Part shown: positions 35,637-41,625 of the stretch, piece after piece
How positions within the stretch are numbered: the stretch's first letter is position 1
Layout of the letters: every line of letters starts with the position of its first letter
IMG/VR virus record: IMGVR_UViG_3300046380_000010
Coordinates: 1-41,625 of that record
Origin: a virus
Lineage: Duplodnaviria; Caudoviricetes
Strand: one strand, 5' to 3'
Length of the DNA: 41,625 nt
Program-made: the position numbers and the translations under genes
The notes under the pieces: generated by a model
The model's input: only the letters and a program-made list of their open reading frames with translations
What the model was told of the DNA's origin: nothing
Databases searched by the model: none

Positions 35637-35855
35637 CTATGATTTTCCCTTCACCATCAAATACGCACCTTTGAAGCACGGCGCATTGACTGACCTGTAC
35701 ATGCTCTCTATCGGAACGTCGTGCCCTCGGACGACCACTCCAGCACCGTGCTGATGCTTTCGACCGCAATACGGACACTCATTGACGACCAGCCACCACT
35801 TCCCGTCAACGTTTATCGCCGCTGCTTCCACCTTCGGAATATCGCTCAATTTCAT
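35637..35855 (-). CDS. Small Zn-binding protein (CPYC..HQHGAG)
   Basis: AAGGAG RBS; 72 aa. Confidence 0.7.
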   Translation of the reverse strand: MKLSDIPKVEAAAINVDGKWWLVVNECPYCGRKHQHGAGVVVRGHDVPIESMYRSVNAPCFKGAYLMVKGKS

Positions 35856-35888
35856 CTCCTTTCAAAGCACTTTGTGAAACATAGTGTA

Positions 35889-36034
35889 GCCCTTCGGGCC
35901 TGAGACTCACTCTCCCAACTCTCTCCCTCCCTCTGGCTGTAGGTTTGGGAACTTGCGTTCTTTGCCTACATTTCAGCCGTCGGTCGGTCGGTCGCAGTCT
36001 TCGTTCGCTCACCGCCTTTGTCAGAGCAAGGCGG
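35889..36034 (-). ncRNA. Structured RNA downstream of the tRNA-like element
   Basis: CCGCCTT/AAGGCGG hairpin; GGCTG..TGTAGG..GAAC-GCAA-GTTC..CCTACAGCC stem with GNRA loop; GCCC/GGGC hairpin. Confidence 0.5.
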
Positions 36035-36046
36035 AACCCCTTCAAT

Positions 36047-36150
36047 TCCCATCGGCAGGATTTGAACCTGCGAGTTCCCGCCATTGGCCCAATCGGATTG
36101 TACATATCCTATGCGGCGGCGGACGTTCTACCAGACTGAACTACGATGAG
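36047..36150 (-). tRNA. tRNA-like RNA with enlarged anticodon arm; identity undetermined
   Basis: Acceptor CTCATCG/CGATGGG, U8-A9, D-arm GTTC-AGTCTGGTA-GAAC, stem TCCGCC/GGCGGG enclosing 35 nt, variable loop AACTC, T-arm GCAGG-TTCAAAT-CCTGC; no encoded CCA. Confidence 0.75.
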
Positions 36151-36160
36151 CCAAACAGAA

Positions 36161-36289
36161 ACACACCTCCGAAATCATGACTAGTGAGGATCGGAGGTGT
36201 GTCGTAGACCACTGCGCTTGCGACGCCGGTCATTCTTCACGGTATGAAATTCTGTGTACCCTCACTAGTCGTATTCATTATACACAGAA
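36161..36289 (-). ncRNA. Double hairpin with complementary (kissing) loops
   Basis: 9-bp and 12-bp perfect stems whose loops contain GACTAGTGAGG and CCTCACTAGTC. Confidence 0.7.
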
Positions 36290-36308
36290 CTCTGATTTTT
36301 GGCAACCC

Positions 36309-36635
36309 TCAGTAACCGTACGGCTTCGTGATGTCGTAATCCTTGTCGATATTGCTCTCCTTCTTGCCTTCAACCACCGTCCTCATCGCCGCATCGAAAG
36401 CCGCATCCTGTGGCGTCTTCTGCTCCGATGGCAGGGGAGGGAAGGGGTCTGAATCGTCGATCAGATCACGTACAAGACAGACTTTCTTGCCCGTACCATC
36501 CCTTTGGAGTTGATACACCGCTTTATGTCCTAAATTGATCAGTGTATAGAACCGCTTGTTGGTTAGGACAAGGCTTGCGCTCAGGGTGGCGAGGTTCCCA
36601 TCGTGGAAATAGACCTCACTGCGTTTGGTTGTCAC
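36309..36635 (-). CDS. Hypothetical protein
   Basis: GAGGAG RBS with GTG start (TTKRSEVYF...). Confidence 0.55.
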   Translation of the reverse strand: MTTKRSEVYFHDGNLATLSASLVLTNKRFYTLINLGHKAVYQLQRDGTGKKVCLVRDLIDDSDPFPPLPSEQKTPQDAAFDAAMRTVVEGKKESNIDKDYDITKPYGY

Positions 36636-36951
36636 TTCCCGACTCCTCTCTGCCGGAAACAATATCCCAGAACAACGGATTATTGGCTTTTGGTTTGTCT
36701 CCTGACGGTCCTGAGATGACGGGTATGGGCAGGCTTCTTGAGTCGTTGAAATAGCCCACGATGTAGTCTCTGCCTGCAACGCGCTCTAGCCAGCAGTGCC
36801 GCGTGTAGTATGGTCCTTCTCCCCGCACCGCTTCGAGTGCTTTCTCAGGATTCTGCTCCGTCACGTCGATGGTGTTCCACGGATCTAATCCCTTTACCAG
36901 TTGACTGTTTGTCTTCAGAGTGGCGCCTCTCGGAATCGCTCGTTTTGCCAT
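36616..36951 (-). CDS. Hypothetical protein
   Basis: AAGGAG upstream; TAATG coupling; MAKRAIPRG... Confidence 0.6.
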   Translation of the reverse strand: MAKRAIPRGATLKTNSQLVKGLDPWNTIDVTEQNPEKALEAVRGEGPYYTRHCWLERVAGRDYIVGYFNDSRSLPIPVISGPSGDKPKANNPLFWDIVSGREESGSDNQTQ

Positions 36952-37337
36952 TATCTTAATGACTCCTTCCTTTCCATGATCCTCCCGACTGACTCTATCA
37001 CCCAGTCCAGCCCTTGCGGGATGAGGTAGATACTGGATCTGTGCGCGCTCCATGCCCGGAACAGGTTGCACAGGCTCTCCTCTGCCTCCTGCGCCGTTTT
37101 GAACTCGATCAGCAGTCCTGTCTCGTCTCCTGCCTTGTAATAGATTCCCACGGTATAGATGCTGTCTTCGTACCACTCCTGAGACTCTTTTCTTACCGAT
37201 CCGTCAGGATTGATACCCTTCCATTCGGAGTCTTTGACCATGCATTCAAGGGGGCGGCAGTCCACCCAGAGATGCCTCAGATCATCCAGACACACAAAAC
37301 AGAGAGGTTTCCCAAGGTGTTTGATCTTTACCCACAT
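36951..37337 (-). CDS. Hypothetical protein
   Basis: GAGG RBS; overlaps the methylase stop. Confidence 0.6.
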   Translation of the reverse strand: MWVKIKHLGKPLCFVCLDDLRHLWVDCRPLECMVKDSEWKGINPDGSVRKESQEWYEDSIYTVGIYYKAGDETGLLIEFKTAQEAEESLCNLFRAWSAHRSSIYLIPQGLDWVIESVGRIMERKESLR

Positions 37338-37951
37338 GCTATACCTCTGGAATTTGCCTCGAATACAGCGCGCGCAAACCCTTCAGGGGTCTGGCTGCGC
37401 AAATTCGACCTTTCTGATGAGGGAGGCAAAAGGTGCATTTTGCTACCTTCTCCCGGTATCACTCTGCGCTTCTTCGGAAATACAAACCCTCCTCCCGTCC
37501 ATAGGCATGTCTTCTTTGTGTAGGCGTCTCCATTGGGATTTAGATACCCGCCGAAGTCGCATGGATCGAATGAGTAGTCAGGCTTTCTCCAGTAGGTTGA
37601 CAGAGTGCTTACCGGGTTTTCCACCATGTACGGAGCCTCTGTCCATTCGCATATCTTGCGCGCCGCTTCCACAATGCCGATTGCTTCATGGAGAGCTGAC
37701 AATCCTTTTTCCTCAAACCACCTCGCCCCACTGACTGCAAGGTGCGTACACGGAGGGAAAGCGAAGCAGATTGCATACTCTCCGCGCGGCGGTAAGTAGT
37801 TGCGAATGTCTGCGTTGACAAACTCAATCCCCCCTCTGTAACCGTTCACGTGCTGCGTGTCTACGCATACACAACGATAGCCTGCATCTGCCCAAGGGCG
37901 CACCATGATTGCAGTACGGTCGCACAGGCTGATAACTATTTGAGGTTTCAT
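37328..37951 (-). CDS. Short phage Dcm-like C5-cytosine DNA methyltransferase
   Basis: FAFPPCT catalytic motif IV, ENPV motif VI, YTKKTCLW and RS.TP.GFA motif X. Confidence 0.8.
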   Translation of the reverse strand: MKPQIVISLCDRTAIMVRPWADAGYRCVCVDTQHVNGYRGGIEFVNADIRNYLPPRGEYAICFAFPPCTHLAVSGARWFEEKGLSALHEAIGIVEAARKICEWTEAPYMVENPVSTLSTYWRKPDYSFDPCDFGGYLNPNGDAYTKKTCLWTGGGFVFPKKRRVIPGEGSKMHLLPPSSERSNLRSQTPEGFARAVFEANSRGIACG

Positions 37952-38967
37952 GTCGCTATCGGCTCCTTCGGACTGGTGACGCGCATCGCCTTGATGCAGT
38001 TGACGAGTTCGCCTTTGGGAAGCGCGGCGGCGTCGAGGAAGTCCTGCGTTGTCCAGGCGTCAGGGTTCAGTTTCGGGTTGATAACTAACAGCATCTCCTT
38101 GTACATCGCCACGTTCGCCGATTCCCATCCGGCCTCTGCCATCTGCGCCTTCAGGAGTGCGGACGCCTGCGCCTTGTTGACGGTCGGAGCGGGCTGCGCG
38201 TCCTGTACCTCTCCGCTCTCCTGCACTTCGGCAGGACGGTATTCCGCCTCGTATGTGTCCTGATGCGGCGGGGTGGGTCGCTGCGGCCTCTGCTCCTCCA
38301 TGTCCTGTGTGAAGAACTCAGAGCCGCCGACGGTGTTCAGGCAGACTGCGACGAACGCTCTCTTTTCCGCCATCTTTAGAAAGGTGTTCACTTTGTCGCA
38401 GATGTCCGGGTCCGGGATCTGCCCGACAGGTTGCGCTTCGATCTGCCTCCAGAGATCACTGTTCTGCCCGAACGTTGCCCCACATCCCTCGATCTTCTTC
38501 CAACAGTAGAAGGAAGGATTGTCCTTTGAGCGGTTGATCGTCGGCTTGCCACAGTTAGGGCATGTCTTCTTCAGGGGAATGTACCGATACTTCTTCTCCC
38601 AGCTATTACACGAGCCGTCGGCGTCTCCCATGAACTTCTCGCCCCGATAGACCGAGCATTTGATGAGGTAGTAGAAGAAGGGTTCTCCGCCGTGGTCTGC
38701 CCCCGTCCAGTCCTCGATTTTGTCCACGACGGTGTAACGAGCCGACATGCCGAACGCCTTGATAAGCTTTTCGGCACCCGACTTGTACAGCACCTTTTTC
38801 TTCGTGCCGGGCAGCACGCCATAGTCGCCTTCGCCGTTCTCGCCTTCCATTAGAATACGCGATGCATAATCGTTCATCATGTCGCGACGCGCTATCGCCT
38901 CGTCAACCGTCATCACTGGCAGATAGTTGTCTGCCTCCGTCCGTACAACCAATTTCATATCAGACAT
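37948..38967 (-). CDS. Putative ssDNA-annealing/recombination protein with Zn-ribbon insert
   Basis: DYGVLPGTKKKVLYKSGAEKL, GSCNSWEKKY, NT.LKMAEKRA.V and FTQD.E motifs. Confidence 0.65.
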   Translation of the reverse strand: MSDMKLVVRTEADNYLPVMTVDEAIARRDMMNDYASRILMEGENGEGDYGVLPGTKKKVLYKSGAEKLIKAFGMSARYTVVDKIEDWTGADHGGEPFFYYLIKCSVYRGEKFMGDADGSCNSWEKKYRYIPLKKTCPNCGKPTINRSKDNPSFYCWKKIEGCGATFGQNSDLWRQIEAQPVGQIPDPDICDKVNTFLKMAEKRAFVAVCLNTVGGSEFFTQDMEEQRPQRPTPPHQDTYEAEYRPAEVQESGEVQDAQPAPTVNKAQASALLKAQMAEAGWESANVAMYKEMLLVINPKLNPDAWTTQDFLDAAALPKGELVNCIKAMRVTSPKEPIAT

Positions 38968-39258
38968 TTGTTTCCCCCCCTCTGCTCTCCCGAGAGCCTT
39001 CATTGAAAGTTCATCGGCAATCTCTTGTAGTCTCCAGTAGTCGTCACACTTCTCGTCATGTGAGCATTGCCAGCACGATGCGTCGTGAGTAAATACCCGC
39101 ATGTGTTCCTTCAGAGCCTTATACATGTCCGGCGCGGCTTTCAACTTGTGTAGCATCTCATCCCCGCAAAAGCATTGCGCGACCGTGTGACCATCGTCAA
39201 AGCAGAGGAAGGTTCCATTGCCTCCGCGAGATATTTCCAGTTCGTCATTTTTGCTCAT
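38968..39258 (-). CDS. AAPDM..AL-type small phage protein, in frame with the downstream gene and lacking a stop
   Basis: GAGGAG RBS and ATGA coupling at 39258; ends KALGRAEG at a G7 run. Confidence 0.6.
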
Positions 39259-39809
39259 ATCCCATGCTCCTCTTTCAGTCTTGCGACTGCTGCCTGCCCG
39301 ACCTTTGCCAGTCGGGCCTCCGTGATTGCTCTCTCTGTCGCCTGCACTGCCGCCCAGACTTCCTCCCACGACCGGCAGATGTAGCTGCCGCCCCGGTCGC
39401 ATAGCGCCTGCTGTGCCTCTCTGACGGGCGTAGAAGAGCCTTTTAGCTCCACGGCGACAAATACCCCTACCGGCCACTCTTTGCCGCGTATAAACAGGTC
39501 TGGCAGTCCTGGCGTGTTGCCCTGCCATCCGGGATGAGGGAGGACGTTGCCGCATTTGCCGCAAGTTTGCCCTCCGCGTGGCTTTCCTGTCTCCATCACC
39601 TCGTATCCCTCGAACTTCAGGCGATCGATAACCCCCTGTTGGAGGTCGGCCTCCAATACCTTTTCTTTCGGTGCGGCTTGCCTCTCGTATCCTTTTACGT
39701 GTTCGGCGTTGGTCTTTGTGGTCCCGTAGCTGCATCCGGGCTCCATGCAGACGAGCAGGTATCCCATTGGAGTGAGGGCGACTTTGTGAATTGGGCATAT
39801 CGCTGTCAT
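39255..39809 (-). CDS. VRR-NUC / PD-(D/E)xK nuclease
   Basis: LEADLQ..V, PGLPDL, VELK, Q and RSWEEV motifs. Confidence 0.8.
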   Translation of the reverse strand: MTAICPIHKVALTPMGYLLVCMEPGCSYGTTKTNAEHVKGYERQAAPKEKVLEADLQQGVIDRLKFEGYEVMETGKPRGGQTCGKCGNVLPHPGWQGNTPGLPDLFIRGKEWPVGVFVAVELKGSSTPVREAQQALCDRGGSYICRSWEEVWAAVQATERAITEARLAKVGQAAVARLKEEHGI

Positions 39810-40045
39810 CGCTTGCTCACCTCCTGATAGATTTGCGTGATTACGACACACAGTCCGGTGGCGCCGATCAGCACGCAGAACAGAAACCAGCAGAGCCGGT
39901 CCCGGCGCGCCTGCCTCTCCTGGCCCCTGAGCGTCTCCCTCTCGCGCCTGCGGGTCTGCTGCTGCACGATCTCGGTTGTGCTGTTGGGCCACTTTTCTTC
40001 GTCGTAGGTAAAGCCCTGTGATGGGCTGCCGTCGATGTCATTCAC
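39806..40045 (-). CDS. Small membrane protein
   Basis: C-terminal hydrophobic helix; AAGGAG RBS. Confidence 0.65.
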   Translation of the reverse strand: MNDIDGSPSQGFTYDEEKWPNSTTEIVQQQTRRRERETLRGQERQARRDRLCWFLFCVLIGATGLCVVITQIYQEVSKR

Positions 40046-40484
40046 CGTCGTTCTCCTTTTTGGGGTAGATGCCGCCGTTTCGGATCTCTCCAGGGTTCAG
40101 TCCATCTATGATGAGTTTGCCGAGCGAATCCAGAGAAAATACTGTCACGTCGGCGAATGAGTAGCATTTGCCTCCTCCTGCGAAATGGACGATACTGAGG
40201 TATTCATCCGACGCGCCACGACAGGTAAACAGCAGTCCATCGATCTCGCAGACCATAACGATAAGGCCGGCTGTACCGGTGTTGGATGCAAATGCGGGAA
40301 TGGAGTGGACGGCGATCCTGCTCACATCGATGTCGAGAGTGTTCGTGCAGAGCGTTCTCAGATGCTCGATATGCGCCTGCCTTGCTTTCGACGCTGCTTC
40401 TGCCTCTTCGTGCCTTTTGCGCTCCTGTGCTGCCTCGTAGGAGGCAATAGCGCGTTGTTTTAGTGTTTGTGGTATGCTGTTCAT
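40038..40484 (-). CDS. Hypothetical protein
   Basis: AAGGA RBS before MNSIPQTL... Confidence 0.65.
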   Translation of the reverse strand: MNSIPQTLKQRAIASYEAAQERKRHEEAEAASKARQAHIEHLRTLCTNTLDIDVSRIAVHSIPAFASNTGTAGLIVMVCEIDGLLFTCRGASDEYLSIVHFAGGGKCYSFADVTVFSLDSLGKLIIDGLNPGEIRNGGIYPKKENDGE

Positions 40485-40517
40485 GCAAGCACAATCCTTT
40501 CTGTTCTGTATCACTTC

Positions 40518-40545
40518 CCCGGCCCTCAAGAGCCGGGGCTTTTTC
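40518..40545 (+). terminator. GC hairpin with U-tract on the + strand
   Basis: CCCGGC-cctcaaga-GCCGGG-gc-TTTTT. Confidence 0.5.
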
Positions 40546-40858
40546 ATGCTCTCAGTGCGAGAGAGATCAGGCTGTCGCGTACGCTCAGGGAGGGACTACC
40601 GAAGGGGGAGAGATCCCCACCCGCCTCTTTTGCCTGATTGTAGAGTTCTCCTAGTAGGTCAGCCCGTGCTGATAAATAGGTCCGCGTGATTTCTGCTTCA
40701 TGAGTTTCACTCTCAATCAGTGCTGCCCCCTCTTCCCATTTGTCCCTATCGTTGTCATATAGAGGATATATCGCCTCCCATTTCTCCGCGTTGTCGGCGA
40801 TGACAGCCTCGTAATCGGCCCTTGCTTTACGATACGTTGCTTTGGTTATCGGTCGCAT
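40544..40858 (-). CDS. Hypothetical protein
   Basis: GGGAGG RBS; 104 aa. Confidence 0.65.
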   Translation of the reverse strand: MRPITKATYRKARADYEAVIADNAEKWEAIYPLYDNDRDKWEEGAALIESETHEAEITRTYLSARADLLGELYNQAKEAGGDLSPFGSPSLSVRDSLISLALRA

Positions 40859-41063
40859 TCTTTGCCTCCCTAGCTTTCTTCCGCATGTCGCTGTTCATCG
40901 CCTGCTCGATGAGATGACTGACGAACAGACTCTCGCCTCCGAACTGCTGCGCCTGTGTCTCTACCCACTCCTTGACGGGTTGTCGGACCCGTGTGTGGAT
41001 GATACTACCCCGCAGTAGAGAAGGCGCTTTGCGGGGCTTCTCTCTCCAATTCGCTGATGTCAT
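40827..41063 (-). CDS. Putative ribbon-helix-helix DNA-binding protein
   Basis: IHTRV...VKEWV...A...G..S.FV..LIEQAM pattern; GAGGAG RBS. Confidence 0.55.
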   Translation of the reverse strand: MTSANWREKPRKAPSLLRGSIIHTRVRQPVKEWVETQAQQFGGESLFVSHLIEQAMNSDMRKKAREAKNATDNQSNVS

Positions 41064-41072
41064 TGGTTCTCC

Positions 41073-41300
41073 TCAGTGGAATAATCTGGCACACGTTTTA
41101 CAAACCTGTTCCGATTGGAACTCCTCTGCCAGTTGGTCAAGGGAACGCATTGCCGAGTTCGTAAATTTCTCGACCGAAACCCCAAATCGACGATTGCAGA
41201 GTGTTGTGAGAGTTGTCGGAGGTTGATCCTCGTACCCCTGTTCAGACCAAATGGCATGTACCCTACCGCCGATCCTTTTTCGCCATACTCCAAATCTCAT
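41073..41300 (-). CDS. Hypothetical protein (H..C..CxxC)
   Basis: ATGA coupling to the SAA-repeat gene stop. Confidence 0.6.
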   Translation of the reverse strand: MRFGVWRKRIGGRVHAIWSEQGYEDQPPTTLTTLCNRRFGVSVEKFTNSAMRSLDQLAEEFQSEQVCKTCARLFH

Positions 41301-41625
41301 GCGTTTGCCCCTTCCAGCCTCAGCAATTCGAGGAGTGTGTCAGCCTCCCATTCGTGATAGGCCGACTCTGCCGCCGACCATGCCGCCGCCCGTGCCGACC
41401 ATGCCGCCGACCATGCCGCCGCCCGTGCCGACCATGCCGCCGCCCGTGCCGACCATGCCGCCGACCATGCCGCCGCCCATGCCGCCGACTCTGCCGCCGA
41501 CCATGCCGCCGACCGTGCCGCCGACCGTGCCGACCGTGCCGCCGACTCTGCCGCCGACTCTGCCGCCGACCGTGCCGCCGACCCGGCCGACCCTGCCGCC
41601 GACTCAGCCGAAGACTCTGCCGACG
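41297..41625 (-). CDS. C-terminal part of the SAA-repeat protein
   Basis: ...SAAWSARAAAWSAAESAYHEWEADTLLELLRLEGANA-stop; in frame with 1-585 across the 76-bp end overlap. Confidence 0.85.
   Translation of the reverse strand, partial: SAESSAESAAGSAGSAARSAAESAAESAARSARSAARSAAWSAAESAAWAAAWSAAWSARAAAWSARAAAWSAAWSARAAAWSAAESAYHEWEADTLLELLRLEGANA
41360..41625. repeat. Tandem 12/9-bp repeats encoding SAAW/SAAE/SAAR/AAAW
   Basis: Directly visible. Confidence 0.95.

Noticed and set aside
35990-36046. Theta/HDV-like ribozyme at the tRNA 3' end
   Set aside because: I could not build the nested double pseudoknot by eye; a covariance search is needed to exclude it fully.
36309-36635. SSB call based on the DDSDPF motif
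   Set aside because: The motif is internal and no OB-fold signature is recognisable.
39259-39798. N-terminal 180 aa of the 616-aa track ORF
   Set aside because: Alternate frame over the VRR-NUC gene; the real start is at 39258.
41360-41625. Terminal repeats as a CRISPR array or DGR variable region
   Set aside because: No spacers, cas genes or reverse transcriptase; the units are codon-phased coding repeats.

Overview
The window looks like an essentially complete, circularly permuted ~41.5 kb tailed-phage genome with podovirus-like architecture. The two ends share 76 identical bases inside a Ser-Ala-Ala repeat gene that is split across the junction. A rightward late arm (~2.3-31.7 kb) carries three putative ejection proteins, a PurD-like ATP-grasp ligase, terminase, portal, scaffold, major capsid, adaptor, nozzle, fibre/lectin proteins and holin candidates. 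A leftward early arm (2.2 kb to 1, continuing 41.6 kb to 30.8 kb) carries HNH, RHH-like, VRR-NUC, a putative ssDNA-annealing protein, a Dcm-like methylase, a DUF6948-like gene with a Gly/Tyr repeat gene, a DUF1906-like endolysin and a HAD phosphatase. I see no integrase, polymerase, helicase or primase. The most unusual feature is a set of structured non-coding RNAs in the early arm: a kissing-loop double hairpin, a tRNA-like RNA with a ~30-nt enlarged anticodon arm, a second RNA ending in a copy of that tRNA's 5' end, and a boxA plus T-arm minihelix leader. There are also three FlbD-like paralogs in the packaging module. All family assignments come from motif recognition by eye, not from database searches.
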